A stretch of 64,000 nt of DNA from Candidatus Eiseniibacteriota bacterium (GTDB lineage: Bacteria; Eisenbacteria; RBG-16-71-46; CAIMUX01; VGJL01), in assembly GCA_041946735.1 (NCBI GenBank), contig JBHGAY010000004.1, positions 150,292 to 214,291 of the forward strand, written 5' to 3'. The notes below the pieces were generated by a model, which was given only the letters and a program-made list of their open reading frames with translations, was not told where the DNA came from and did not search any database. Below are positions 1-10,177 of the stretch, piece by piece. How positions within the stretch are numbered: the first letter of the stretch is position 1; each line of letters starts with the position of its first letter. The translations under genes and the position numbers were made by a program.

Positions 1-2690
1 AGCGGCACGGAAAGCATGATCGCGAGCGGCTGCAGGAACGATCCAAACTCGCTCGCGAGCACGAGGTAGATGAAGATGATCGCGAGGATCATACTCTCCA
101 CGATGTTCCGGACCGTCTCGCCGAACATCTCCGTCTCGCCTCCCATCGAGACGCTGTAGCCGGTCGGCATCGCGAGCTGGGAGACGCCCTTCATGATGTC
201 CCCGCTGACGGCGGTCAGGGTGCGCCCGTAGAAGTTCGCGCGGATGATGACGACCCGCTGCATCTCACGCCGGTCGATCTCCTGGGGGCTCGCGCTCTTC
301 GCGATGGCGGCGATCTGCCCGAGCGGGACGGTCCGCGGAGCGCCGGTGACCGGATCGATCCCGCCGGTCGGGATCGGCAGCTTCGCGAGCTGGTCGACCG
401 ATTCGCGCGCGGAGCCCGGCAGCCGGACGATCACGTCGTGCTGCTCGCCGTTCGGATCCTCCCATCTCGAAACCGCCTCTCCCGCGAACGCCGGCCGGAG
501 GGTCTGCGCGATCGACCCGATCCCGACGCCCATCTCGCTCGCCAGGTCGCGATTCAAGTCGACGCGCACCTCGGGGCGCTCTTCCTCGAGGCTCGACTCC
601 GCTTCGATCGCCCCGGGAGTGTTGCGGACGACCGCGAGCACTTCGTTCGAGACGCGGCGAAGCTCCTCGATGTTCGCCCCGCTGACGAAGATCTCCAGCG
701 GCTTCTGCGATCCGCCGAAGCCCGCCGCCTCCAGCACGGCGATCTCGACCCCGGGGAGGTCTTCCAGCTCACTGCGCAGCACGACCGACAGATCCTGCTG
801 GGAGAGATCGCGATCCCCCTTGGGGGTCAGCTTCACGTAGATCTCCCCCTCGTTCACCTGCGCGTTGAACCCGCCCGCGATCGTTTCGTAGGTGTAGGCG
901 ACTTCGGGCCGCTGGCGGACGAGCGCGGAGACCTCGCGCACCCGGTCGGTCGTGTACGAGAGCGTCGACCCGACCGGGGCTGTGACCACGACGGCCAGTT
1001 CCTCGTTGTCGGAGTTCGGCATGAAGGTGCCGCCGATGAGCGGAAAAAGAGCCATCGCTGCGACGAAGGAGAGCACGGCAATTCCCAGGGTGACGAAGCG
1101 GTGGGTGAGCGCCCATCCGATGACCCCCCTGTAGCGCTTCCCGAGTCGGACGAACGAATGATTGAACCGTTCGAGGAGCTTGCCGATCGGGCCCCGCGCA
1201 GCGTGACCCTCGGCGACCGGGTCGTACCAGACGGAAGACAGCATCGGATCGAGCGTGAAGGAGACGAAGAGCGAGACGGCGACCGCGCAGGCGACGGTGA
1301 CTCCGAACTCGCGGAAGAAGCGCCCGACGATCCCGCCCATGAACGCGACCGGGACGAAGACGCAGAGGGTCGACATCGTCGTCGCGAGGACGGCCAGACC
1401 GATCTCGCTCGTTCCCTTACGGGCGGCCTCCCGGTGGTCCTGCCCCATTCCGACGTGCCGGACGATGTTCTCCCGGACGACGATCGCATCGTCGATGAGG
1501 ATCCCGATCGCCAGGGAGAGCGCCATCAGGGTCATCATGTTCAGGGTGAAGCCGAACGCGTAGATCGCGAGGAAGCTCGCGATCACCGAGACTGGGAGCG
1601 TGAGCCCCGTGATCACGGTGGACCGCCAGGAGTTCAGGAACGTGAAGACGACGAGGACCGTCAGGAGCCCCCCGAGAAGGATCGTGGTCTTGACGTCCTC
1701 GACCGATTGCTCGATCCAGACGGAGTTGTCGCGGACGATCGACAGCTGCATCCCTTCGGGGAGGGCCGCGCGCGTCCGCTCGACCTCCTCCTTGACCCCG
1801 TCGGCGACCTCGACGGTGTTCGCGCCCGAGACCTTCCGGAGATCGATGCCGATGGCCGGCTTGCCGTTGACGAGCGCGGCCGTCCGCGCTTCCTCCGCAG
1901 AGTCGACGACGCGCGCGACGTCGCCGAGGCGCACGGGGACGCCGTCCCGCACCGCGACGACGAGCTGTTCGAAGTCCCCGGGCTTCTTCAGGCGCCCGGC
2001 CACCCGCACCAGCTTCTCCCCGGGGCCCTGCTCCAGCCGGCCCGCCGGAACCTCCATGTTCTCCGACCGCAGCGTCTGCATCACCTGCGGGACGGTGATC
2101 GATCGCGCCGCCAGCCGGTCCGGATCGACCTCGACGAGAATCGCGCGGGCTTCGCCTCCGAGAAGCGTAACCTGGCCGACTCCCTCCACCGCCTCGAGGT
2201 TCTGCCGGAGCGTCTCGTCCGCGAAGTCGCGCATCTCGCGCATCGAGCGAGTTTCGGAGGACAAGGCGAGCGAGACGATCGGGATCTCCTGAGGATCGAA
2301 CCGGAGCACGAGCGGCGTCTCGATGTCCTCCGGAAGCTCTTCCCGGATCTGATCGATCTTCGAGCGCACGTCCTGCTGCGCGTCCATCGCGTTCGTCCCG
2401 AGATCGAACTCGATGAACACGGTCGAGAGCCCCTCGAGGGAACTGGACGTCAGCTCCTTGACTCCCTGGATCGGGTTCACCGTCTCCTCGATCTTGCGCG
2501 TCACGTCGCGCTCGACGGTCTCGGGAGAGGCGCCCGGATACGGGGTCTGGACGACGACGAACGGGAAGGTGATGTCGGGCCACTGATCGATCGCCAGACG
2601 CGAATAGGAGAAGGCGCCGAGCGTCAGCAGCGCCCCCATCAGCATCGTGGCGAAGACCGGCCGTTTGATCGAGACGTCGGAAAGGAACAT
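1..2690 (-). CDS. RND efflux transporter permease (AcrB/MdtC family), 3' end outside window
   Basis: Read manually, absent from the ORF track because there is no stop in the window. ATG at 2690 after GAGGAG; begins MFLSDVSIKRPVFATMLM...LAIDQWPDITFP; TM4 motif GILIDDAIVVRENI; follows the MFP gene. Confidence 0.93.
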   Translation of the reverse strand, partial: MFLSDVSIKRPVFATMLMGALLTLGAFSYSRLAIDQWPDITFPFVVVQTPYPGASPETVERDVTRKIEETVNPIQGVKELTSSSLEGLSTVFIEFDLGTNAMDAQQDVRSKIDQIREELPEDIETPLVLRFDPQEIPIVSLALSSETRSMREMRDFADETLRQNLEAVEGVGQVTLLGGEARAILVEVDPDRLAARSITVPQVMQTLRSENMEVPAGRLEQGPGEKLVRVAGRLKKPGDFEQLVVAVRDGVPVRLGDVARVVDSAEEARTAALVNGKPAIGIDLRKVSGANTVEVADGVKEEVERTRAALPEGMQLSIVRDNSVWIEQSVEDVKTTILLGGLLTVLVVFTFLNSWRSTVITGLTLPVSVIASFLAIYAFGFTLNMMTLMALSLAIGILIDDAIVVRENIVRHVGMGQDHREAARKGTSEIGLAVLATTMSTLCVFVPVAFMGGIVGRFFREFGVTVACAVAVSLFVSFTLDPMLSSVWYDPVAEGHAARGPIGKLLERFNHSFVRLGKRYRGVIGWALTHRFVTLGIAVLSFVAAMALFPLIGGTFMPNSDNEELAVVVTAPVGSTLSYTTDRVREVSALVRQRPEVAYTYETIAGGFNAQVNEGEIYVKLTPKGDRDLSQQDLSVVLRSELEDLPGVEIAVLEAAGFGGSQKPLEIFVSGANIEELRRVSNEVLAVVRNTPGAIEAESSLEEERPEVRVDLNRDLASEMGVGIGSIAQTLRPAFAGEAVSRWEDPNGEQHDVIVRLPGSARESVDQLAKLPIPTGGIDPVTGAPRTVPLGQIAAIAKSASPQEIDRREMQRVVIIRANFYGRTLTAVSGDIMKGVSQLAMPTGYSVSMGGETEMFGETVRNIVESMILAIIFIYLVLASEFGSFLQPLAIMLSVP

Positions 2691-2717
2691 CTCACTCCTC
2701 TCGTTGCGCGAAGCCGA

Positions 2718-3944
2718 TCACCGCGCGCCGCCGGCGTCGCCTGCTCTGCTCCCGCCGCTCGCGCCGCTTTGCGAGGGCGAGGCCGTTCCCGCCGCCTCGG
2801 GTCCCTGCCGGATCACCTCGATCGGTGAGCCGTCCCGGAGTCCGGGAGCGATCCCGGCCAGAAGCGAGTCGCCCGCCTGCAGATTCCCGCGCAGCTCGAT
2901 GAGGGCCGCTTTCTCGTCGACGATTCCCGTTTCGACCGGGATCCTCCGCGCCGTGCCGTTCTCGATCGCATAGACGACTTGTCTCTCCCCCTCCGTGCGC
3001 AAGACGGCGAGCGGAGCCGCGACCGCGCTTTCTCTCACCGTATCGATCACACGGCCCGTCGCGAAGAGGCCACCGACGAGGCGCCCTTCCGGATTCGGAA
3101 TGCGCGTGTAGATGCGCACCTGGCGGGTTCCGGGCTCGGTCGTCGGGCCGATCCGGTCGATCTTCCCTTCGAACTCTTCGTTCGGAAATGCGTCGACCGT
3201 GAACCGGATGGGGGATCCAACGTCGATCCGGCCGAGTGACTCCGACGGGATCGTCGCGGACAGCTCGAGAACGGAGTTGTCGACGATCGTGAAGAGGCGG
3301 TCCCCGGTCGCCGTCCGGTCGCCGCTGTGCACGAACACCTTGCTCACGGTCCCGTTGATCGGGCTGGGGACGTCGAGACGCTCCGCGTTCTCCTTCGCGT
3401 GGTTGCGGGCCGCCTCGGCCGCGCGCACCCGCGCCTCGGCGGCGGCCGTCTGCGCTTGGGCCGCCTCGAGATCGCGCGGAGCCGCCGCTCCGGCATCGAG
3501 GAGCTTCTGCGCCCGGCGCTCCGCGTTCTGCGCGGCGAGGAGCGCTGCGTGCGCGGCGGAAAGCTCCGCCTCGCTCGCGACCAGGGCGTCGTGCACGTCC
3601 GAGGGACGGTAGCTTGCCAGCTCCTCTCCCCGGGAGACCGCCTGGCCTTCCTTCGCTCGCACCGTGGCAAGATCCCCGTCGAAGCGGGCGATCACCTCGA
3701 CCACCTCCACCGGCCCCAGCTCGCCCGTAAACGGAACTCCCGACTCCAGCGTCCGGGAGGAGGCGACGACGACGTCCGTCGCGCTCACCAGGACCTTCGG
3801 GTTCACGGCGGCCTTCGACTCCGGCGCCTTCCGCCCGCATCCCGCCGCAACCAGCGCGGACGCCACGGCGGTGAGCAGCATCGCTCGCGTCGCCATCCGG
3901 TACCTCACGATCGCACCTCCACCCCGGCCTACCGCCGGCATCAC
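2718..3944 (-). CDS. RND efflux periplasmic adaptor (MFP) lipoprotein
   Basis: Lipobox-like LVAAGC, lipoyl-like halves flanking an Ala-rich coiled hairpin, VPSPINGTV motif. True start may be the GTG at 3908 (GGAGGTG upstream). Confidence 0.92.
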   Translation of the reverse strand: MMPAVGRGGGAIVRYRMATRAMLLTAVASALVAAGCGRKAPESKAAVNPKVLVSATDVVVASSRTLESGVPFTGELGPVEVVEVIARFDGDLATVRAKEGQAVSRGEELASYRPSDVHDALVASEAELSAAHAALLAAQNAERRAQKLLDAGAAAPRDLEAAQAQTAAAEARVRAAEAARNHAKENAERLDVPSPINGTVSKVFVHSGDRTATGDRLFTIVDNSVLELSATIPSESLGRIDVGSPIRFTVDAFPNEEFEGKIDRIGPTTEPGTRQVRIYTRIPNPEGRLVGGLFATGRVIDTVRESAVAAPLAVLRTEGERQVVYAIENGTARRIPVETGIVDEKAALIELRGNLQAGDSLLAGIAPGLRDGSPIEVIRQGPEAAGTASPSQSGASGGSRAGDAGGAR

Positions 3945-5542
3945 CGCGTTCCCTCGATCGTGGAGACGAGCGAGGCGAAGAGCGGCCTTCCGCTGTATCG
4001 CTCCAAGCGCGCGAGAGCCACGAAGAAGTCGTGCCTCGCCTGGGCTTCGTTCGTTTGCGCGATCTCCAGGGAGATTCGCGCGTCGTTCAGCTCGATCATG
4101 CTCGACGCCCCCTCCTCGAAGCGCAGCCGGGCCAGCTCGTGCGCCCGTTCCGCGACCCGCACCGTCGCGGTCCGCGCGCGCAGATCGGAGGCCGCCCGGT
4201 CCAGCTCCCCGCGGCTCTGCACGATCGCCTCGCGCACCTGCTCGCGCGCCTGCTGCAGGTTGAGCTGGGCCGCGATCCTTCGGGCCTTCGACTCCTGGAT
4301 CGCCCCTTTCGTGCGGAAGCCATCGAAGAGCGCCCAGTTCACGCGCACGCCCGCGTTGACGTCATTCAGCCACTCGTCACTGGCCGTAGGGAAGACATCG
4401 GAGGGGAACGCCTGTTTCGAGTAGTTCGCGAACAGGTTCAGCTCGGGCCACTTGTCACTCGCCGCAACGGTCACCGCGTGCCGCCGCGCCTCGACCTGCT
4501 CCTGAAGCGCGCGAACCGAAGCGGACCGAAGCGCGTCATCGACGAGGCCGGTCGTGTCGACCGTCGCCGCGGCGTCCAGCACCCGTTCCGAAGCGAGCAC
4601 CGTGCTCGTCAGCACCATCGGTTGCGACGGGGGAATGTTCGCCAGACGGCGCAGCTCGAGGTAGGCGATCACTCGAAACGACTCGGCCCGCTTGATCACC
4701 GGGATCTGGTTCTCGCTCTGCAGCTGCGCTTGCAGCAGGTCGAACTCGGAGGCCTCGCCGGTCCCTTGCCGCAGCTCGACTCTCTGGCGCTCCGTCTCCG
4801 CCTGCTCGTAGGTGAGCCGCGCGATCGTGACGGAGCGATCCGCGAGGAGTGCGCCGAGGTACGCCTGGCGCGTACGCAGGACCACCTCCTGCTCCTGGTC
4901 GGTCCGCATGTCGCGCGCGGCCTCCATCGCGTGCTTCGCCGCCTGGATGGACGACCAGATCGATCCTCCCTGGAACACCTTCTGCGTCAAGCCGGCCGAG
5001 GCGATCCAGCTGTTCTCGCTCCCGAAGGAGGTCGAGCTGAAGAGCGTAGAGAGCCCCGTCAGGCCCGAGTACGGAAGCGCCTTCTCGATGTCGCGCACCC
5101 GCTGCTCCAGAGGAGCGGTCGTGTCGGGATCGAACGCCTCCACTTTGGGACCCTCCGCCATCTGGAAGACGCTCTCGATCTGCCGGGTGTAGGTGCCGGA
5201 CAGATTGAGCTGCGGGAAGGCGGTCGACCGCGCCTGGAGATAGGCGGCGCGCGCCAGCGACATGTCGGTCTCCGCCAGCCGGATCTCCTCCCCGTTCGCC
5301 AGGGCGCGCGAGACCGCGCTGTCGAGATCGAGGCGAAGCGTGTCGGACGCAGCCGGCGCGGCCTGGGCCCACGCGAGTTGCGGCAGAGCGGCGAGCGTCA
5401 ATGCCGCGACCGTCAGCACGGCGAGCGTCAGCGCCGCGATCCGCAAGGCGGCGAGCGTCAGCGCCGCGCCCGCCAGGGCGGCAAGCGACGGCAGCGCGAA
5501 TCGCGGCGCCGGCAAACCCGGGGCCGTGAGAATCGATTTCAT
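3941..5542 (-). CDS. TolC-family outer membrane efflux protein
   Basis: Signal peptide, two OEP repeats (FPQLNLSG; WPELNLFA...WALFDGF; RFEEGASSMIELNDA); overlaps neighbours by 4 nt. Confidence 0.92.
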   Translation of the reverse strand: MKSILTAPGLPAPRFALPSLAALAGAALTLAALRIAALTLAVLTVAALTLAALPQLAWAQAAPAASDTLRLDLDSAVSRALANGEEIRLAETDMSLARAAYLQARSTAFPQLNLSGTYTRQIESVFQMAEGPKVEAFDPDTTAPLEQRVRDIEKALPYSGLTGLSTLFSSTSFGSENSWIASAGLTQKVFQGGSIWSSIQAAKHAMEAARDMRTDQEQEVVLRTRQAYLGALLADRSVTIARLTYEQAETERQRVELRQGTGEASEFDLLQAQLQSENQIPVIKRAESFRVIAYLELRRLANIPPSQPMVLTSTVLASERVLDAAATVDTTGLVDDALRSASVRALQEQVEARRHAVTVAASDKWPELNLFANYSKQAFPSDVFPTASDEWLNDVNAGVRVNWALFDGFRTKGAIQESKARRIAAQLNLQQAREQVREAIVQSRGELDRAASDLRARTATVRVAERAHELARLRFEEGASSMIELNDARISLEIAQTNEAQARHDFFVALARLERYSGRPLFASLVSTIEGTR

Positions 5543-6165
5543 GCCTTGGACACCTCCAGACCGCGCATGAGCAGGTCGTAGAGCGACTCCTCCAGGTCTT
5601 GCGGGATGTCTTCGCGGGCGCCCGACAGGACGTCGGCGACGTAGATCTCGAGGGCCGCGAGGGCGGTGAGAACGAAGAGGTCCGGATCGATCGGACGGAA
5701 CATGCCGGCCGCTTGCCCTTCACGCACGACCGAGCGGAACGGATCGAGCAGCTTCTGGCCTTCGCCGCGGTAGTCGAACCCCAGTGGGAGAAGCCGCGGC
5801 ATCGTGAGGGTCGCGTGAACGAAGCTGTAGATTTCCGGTTCCCGGCGCGCGAGATCGACTTGGGTCGAAAGCAGGTCGCGAAGCCGTTCGCGCGGATCGC
5901 CCGCCTGGCCCGCGGCCCAAAGCCGCGCGTGGCATTCGTCGATCGCGGAAAGGAGGAGGCCGCCGAACAGGGCCTCCTTCGATTCGAAGTGGTAGTAGAC
6001 GAGAGGCTTGGTCACGCCGGCCGCCTCGGCGATCTCGCGCATCGAGGTTCCATCGAACCCCCGGATGGCGTACAGCCGCGCCGCGGACCGTTCGATTCGC
6101 TCCCGCGCCGGCTCATCCGGGAAGGATTCCCCCCACCCGCGTTCTCTGCTCCCCACACCCTTCAT
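5539..6165 (-). CDS. TetR/AcrR-family transcriptional regulator
   Basis: HTH motif GFDGTSMREIAEAAGVTKPLVYYHFESKEAL; first gene of the efflux operon. Confidence 0.95.
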   Translation of the reverse strand: MKGVGSRERGWGESFPDEPARERIERSAARLYAIRGFDGTSMREIAEAAGVTKPLVYYHFESKEALFGGLLLSAIDECHARLWAAGQAGDPRERLRDLLSTQVDLARREPEIYSFVHATLTMPRLLPLGFDYRGEGQKLLDPFRSVVREGQAAGMFRPIDPDLFVLTALAALEIYVADVLSGAREDIPQDLEESLYDLLMRGLEVSKA

Positions 6166-6173
6166 GAATGAAT

Positions 6174-6217
6174 CCTGACCTCTCGGTCAGGGTAGGCGCC
6201 GGCGGCACGATCGTCAA
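6174..6217 (-). promoter_or_regulatory. sigma70-type promoter with overlapping palindromic TetR operator
   Basis: Minus strand TTGACG(6217-6212)-17 nt-TACCCT(6194-6189); perfect inverted repeat CCTGACC-N4-GGTCAGG at 6174-6191 just upstream of tetR. Confidence 0.65.
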
Positions 6218-6374
6218 GCCCCCAGCCATCGACCCGGCCACCCTCGCAACCATCGCCCCATCCATTGCCGCATCGATCCCCCGGCAACCATCGCCCCAGC
6301 CACTGCCGCAACCGTCGTCGCATCCGATGGCGGATTCCCCTACCGGTTTCCGCCCGGCACGCAGCCGGCCAGGG

Positions 6375-7565
6375 TCAGTACGGGAAGTTCTTCTCCTCGC
6401 CGTCGCGCTGGATCGCGGGAGCCGGCCGGATTTTCGACCGGCCGTAGCGATCCTGCAGGCGGTCGATCGCGTCGGCGAGCTTGCGGTGGCGAGCCTCGCG
6501 ATCGGAGTCGCCGAAGAGGTCCACCTCGATGCCCTCGGGCTCGATGCCGCTCACCCCCACGCCGAGCAGGCGGACCGGCCGCCCGTCCCAATTCTCGCGC
6601 AGCAGGCGACGCGCCTCCTCGTAGATGGGAGCGGCGAGGGCGACCGCGTGCGCGAGCCGGTGCTGCCGGGTGATGGTGCGAAAGGCGCCGTCGCGGAGCT
6701 TGATCGACACGATCCGGCCCGCGACCCCCGCCTGCCGGAGCCGGCGCGCCACACGGTCCGCCTGATCGAGCAGGACCGACTCGAGGAACTCGAGGTCGGA
6801 GCGGTCGTGCGGGAACGTTTCCTCGTGGCTGTACGACTTCGCCTCCCAGTCGGGCGTCACCTCGCGCTCGTCCTCTCCCCGGGCGAGCGCGAGAAGCTGC
6901 TCCCCCCAGGCGCCGAAGCGACGACAGATCTCCTCCGACGGCCTCCTCGCCAGATCGCCGATCGTCGCAATCCCGATCGATTGCAGGACGGCGAGCGTCT
7001 TCGGCCCGACGCCCCACAGGCGCGAGATCGGCAACGGAGCAAGAAACGAGGAGACATCCTCAGGCCGGACGACGACGAGTCCGTCGGGCTTGCGAAGATC
7101 GCTCGCGATCTTCGCGAGGAACTTGCGCGGCGCGATCCCCACCGAGGCGGTGAGCGAGGTCGCTTCCCGGATCTCGCGCTTGATGCGGCCGGCTGCGTCC
7201 TCGGGCGGGCCGAAGAGCTTCTCCGTCCCGGTGAGATCGAGGAACGCCTCGTCGAGGGAGAGGGGCTCGACCAAGGGCGAGAAGCGATGCAGGACCTCCA
7301 TGATCCGCTCGGATTCCCCGGCATACTTCGCGATGTTGCCGGCGACGCGGACGAGGTGCGGGCAGAGACCGATCGCCTTCGCCATCGGCATGGCGGAGTG
7401 GATGCCGTAGCGGCGGGCTTCATAGGACGCGGCGGCCACGACGCCACGATGGGTCGCCGAGCCTCCGACGACGACCGGCTTGCCGGCGAGCGAAGGATCA
7501 TCGCGGATCTCGATCGACGCGTAGAACGCGTCCATGTCGACGTGCGCGATCCAGCGGTCCGTCAT
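6375..7565 (-). CDS. dinB: DNA polymerase IV (Y family)
   Basis: HVDMDAFYASIE, AASYEARRYGI, SLDEAFLD, LAKIASDLRKPDG; ATG at 7565 with GAGGAAG. Confidence 0.96.
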   Translation of the reverse strand: MTDRWIAHVDMDAFYASIEIRDDPSLAGKPVVVGGSATHRGVVAAASYEARRYGIHSAMPMAKAIGLCPHLVRVAGNIAKYAGESERIMEVLHRFSPLVEPLSLDEAFLDLTGTEKLFGPPEDAAGRIKREIREATSLTASVGIAPRKFLAKIASDLRKPDGLVVVRPEDVSSFLAPLPISRLWGVGPKTLAVLQSIGIATIGDLARRPSEEICRRFGAWGEQLLALARGEDEREVTPDWEAKSYSHEETFPHDRSDLEFLESVLLDQADRVARRLRQAGVAGRIVSIKLRDGAFRTITRQHRLAHAVALAAPIYEEARRLLRENWDGRPVRLLGVGVSGIEPEGIEVDLFGDSDREARHRKLADAIDRLQDRYGRSKIRPAPAIQRDGEEKNFPY

Positions 7566-7600
7566 CGCTTCCTCGCTGCTCGCGCGACCGGCCGGCCGGG

Positions 7601-8359
7601 TCAGAGGCCTCGCGGACGACCGGACGCAGGCGATTCGCCGGATGCCGGCGATTCGAACGGGGAGATGGCGTAGCGCTTCCAGTAGTACAGCAGCTTCGCC
7701 GTCTCGGTGAAGACCGACATCATCTCCCCTTCCCGATCCCACCACCGCTCCGCCCGTTCCTCGCTCTGCCCGGGCGGGAGCGTCTCCAGGCTGATGGAGA
7801 CCGGAGTGTCCCGGAAGAGGGCCCGGAATGTGGCGCGGGCGCGTCGCGCATGCATCGGAGAGGTCACGATGATCGCGCGGGTGACGCCGCGCGCGAGCAG
7901 CTCCCGCCGGCTCGCGACCGCCTCTTCATACGTGCTCGTCGGCCCGAGAAGGAGCCAGACGTTCTCCGGCTGCATGCCACGGCGTATCGCGATCCGTCGC
8001 TTCACCTCCCCCTGCGAGAGCGAATCCTGGCCGCCCGTGTAGACCGGAAGAAGCGCCTTGTCCGGCCCGGTGATCAGCAGCGCCGGAACGCGGCCCTCCC
8101 GCCAGATGCGCAGGGCGGCGCCGAGACGCTCCCCTTCGCCGCCGCCGAGGACGATGGCGACTTCGGCGTTTCGATGCGGGTCGGACACCATGAGCCATCG
8201 CGCATACGAGGTCAGAAGCCCGGGAAGCGAGAGGACGACCGCCGCGGCGAGGAGGACCAGGACGAGGAGGATCCGCGCCGGCCGGATCCGGACGTTCCAG
8301 ACCGGATCCCAGCGGGGCGCCCGCGAGGGCTCGCCCCTGCCCGCCGGCGCGGCGCTCAT
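7601..8359 (-). CDS. YdcF/DUF218-family envelope protein
   Basis: N-terminal TM, AIVLGGG, LITG, STYEEA, IVTSPMHARRA motifs. Confidence 0.85.
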   Translation of the reverse strand: MSAAPAGRGEPSRAPRWDPVWNVRIRPARILLVLVLLAAAVVLSLPGLLTSYARWLMVSDPHRNAEVAIVLGGGEGERLGAALRIWREGRVPALLITGPDKALLPVYTGGQDSLSQGEVKRRIAIRRGMQPENVWLLLGPTSTYEEAVASRRELLARGVTRAIIVTSPMHARRARATFRALFRDTPVSISLETLPPGQSEERAERWWDREGEMMSVFTETAKLLYYWKRYAISPFESPASGESPASGRPRGL

Positions 8360-8433
8360 CGACCGGCGCCTCCGCGATCGCTCATCGGTCCGGGTCTCCG
8401 CGCTCTCTCATCGACCGGCGCTTCCGCCGGGGA

Positions 8434-9009
8434 TCATCGCTCCCGGCTCGGTCGCAGGGCGCCGTTCTGCTCCACGTACGAGAGGCCGCACGAGCAGGCC
8501 AAGGTCGACCGGTCGAGCCGGCGGCCGCACTTGCAGGCCCATCCGATCGGCCGCGCCGGATTGCCTGCAACCATTGCGAAGTCCGGGACGTCGCGCGTGA
8601 CGACCGCCCCGGCCGCGACGAACGACCAGGTTCCGAGCGTCACCCCGCAGACGATCGTCGCGTTCGCCCCGATCGTCGCCCCATAGCGGACCCGGATCGG
8701 CTCCCATCCGGCGGGGCCGGTCCGGAAATCGGGATGGCTGCGCGGAATCCGGTCGTTGGTGAACACCGCATTGGGTCCGACGAAGACATGGTCCTCGATC
8801 GTCACGCGATCCCAGATCGAGACCCCGTTTTTCACCGTCACGTGATCGCCGAGCACGGCGCCGCTCTCGATGAACGACCCCTCGCCGATGTTGCACCCCT
8901 TGCCGACGCGCGCCCCTCGCATCACGTGCGCGAACGCCCAGATCCTCGTCCCTTCCCCCACCTCGTCCGATTCGTTGATCCCCGAGGGATGCACGAACAC
9001 GTCTGCCAT
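8434..9009 (-). CDS. Hexapeptide-repeat N-acetyltransferase (WbpD/WlbB-like)
   Basis: VGEGTRIWAFAHV, VFVGPNAVFTND, GATIGANATI, VAGNPAR..GWAC.CG; ATG at 9009 with GAAGGAG. Confidence 0.88.
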   Translation of the reverse strand: MADVFVHPSGINESDEVGEGTRIWAFAHVMRGARVGKGCNIGEGSFIESGAVLGDHVTVKNGVSIWDRVTIEDHVFVGPNAVFTNDRIPRSHPDFRTGPAGWEPIRVRYGATIGANATIVCGVTLGTWSFVAAGAVVTRDVPDFAMVAGNPARPIGWACKCGRRLDRSTLACSCGLSYVEQNGALRPSRER

Positions 9010-9100
9010 CCGCTGCGCTCCTTCCGCTATCGTCATCCGCGATGCGCGGCCTCGACCGAGAATCCCACGGGGCCTCGGGGGGGACAAGGGGCGCAGGGCG

Positions 9101-10177
9101 TTGACCGCTTCGCGGGCCCTTCCTTCCTGTGACCTCCTCGTCCTCGCCGACCCGGTCTGGGAGACGACCTGGCGGGTGGAAGCGATTCCGGAGGATCGTG
9201 ATCGCTTCGACCCGGAACGTCAGGCCCTGGACGAGGTCGAGGATGGCGGCGGAAGCGCTCTCAACGTCGCCTGCGCCCTGGCGGCCGCCGGCTGGCGAGT
9301 CGTCACTGCCGGGATGGTGGGGGCCGACGAGGCGGGACGCGCGGCGATCGAAGCCCTCCGGCGCCACGGGGTCGACGCGCGGATCGAGCGGGCCGCGGGC
9401 CGCCGGACGAAGCAGGTCGAGGTCTTCGTCGAGCGGCGGAGCGGGGCGAACGCGTTTCGCGCGGTGATCCCCGATCACGCCGCCCCTCCATGGGACGGCT
9501 CCTGCCCGGAGATCGGCGGAGCGCGTTGGCTCCTGCTCGATCGGCCGGGAGCCCGGGGGATCGAGCGGCTGCGCGGGAGGAGGAGCGACGGCGTCCGAAG
9601 TCCGGGAAGCGGGCGGGAGAACGCTCTTCTCCTGAACGGTCCGATCCACCGCCCCCAGGCGGAGGAGCGGTGGAGGACCGCGTTGCCGCTTCTTTCCTAC
9701 TTGCAGATTCCGGAGACGGACCAGCGAGACGGTCCGCTTTCCGACGAACCGGAGGGAAGCGCAGGCCGCGTCGGCGGCGGTGGCGCGGGGGCCGGAACCG
9801 GCGCCAGCGCCGGCGCCAGCGCCATGCTCGGTCCGGCTACCATCCACCGTCCGTCCGCATGGCCACCCCTCGGCGAGCGGGAGATCGAAGAGATTCTCTC
9901 CTCCGGCCTGGCGATCCTGGCCCGCACGCGAGGCGCGCGCGGGGCGATCGTCCACCAGGCCGGAACGCGCGCGGCGATCGAGGTGCCGTCCCGGCTCGGC
10001 AAGGGCGAGCTGGTCGATCCCACCGGCGCGGGCGACGCGTTCGCCGCCGGATTCCTCGACGTCCGTCTCCGTGGAGGGCCGGTCGAGCAGGCGGCGGCCA
10101 CGGCATCCGACTGGGCGGCGCGCGCGTGCCGGCACCTCGGAGCGCGCGCATGGCTGCAAGGCGAGCCGCCCCGATGA
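9101..10177 (+). CDS. PfkB-family carbohydrate kinase
   Basis: GGSALNVA and DPTGAGDAFAAGF signatures; start uncertain (TTG at 9101 chosen). Confidence 0.85.
   Translation: MTASRALPSCDLLVLADPVWETTWRVEAIPEDRDRFDPERQALDEVEDGGGSALNVACALAAAGWRVVTAGMVGADEAGRAAIEALRRHGVDARIERAAGRRTKQVEVFVERRSGANAFRAVIPDHAAPPWDGSCPEIGGARWLLLDRPGARGIERLRGRRSDGVRSPGSGRENALLLNGPIHRPQAEERWRTALPLLSYLQIPETDQRDGPLSDEPEGSAGRVGGGGAGAGTGASAGASAMLGPATIHRPSAWPPLGEREIEEILSSGLAILARTRGARGAIVHQAGTRAAIEVPSRLGKGELVDPTGAGDAFAAGFLDVRLRGGPVEQAAATASDWAARACRHLGARAWLQGEPPR

Noticed and set aside
438..2828. 796-aa plus-strand ORF and similar long Arg/Pro-rich ORFs throughout (e.g. 15233-18190, 21186-24200, 27269-31213, 46673-49675)
   Set aside because: High-GC shadow frames overlapping well-supported genes.
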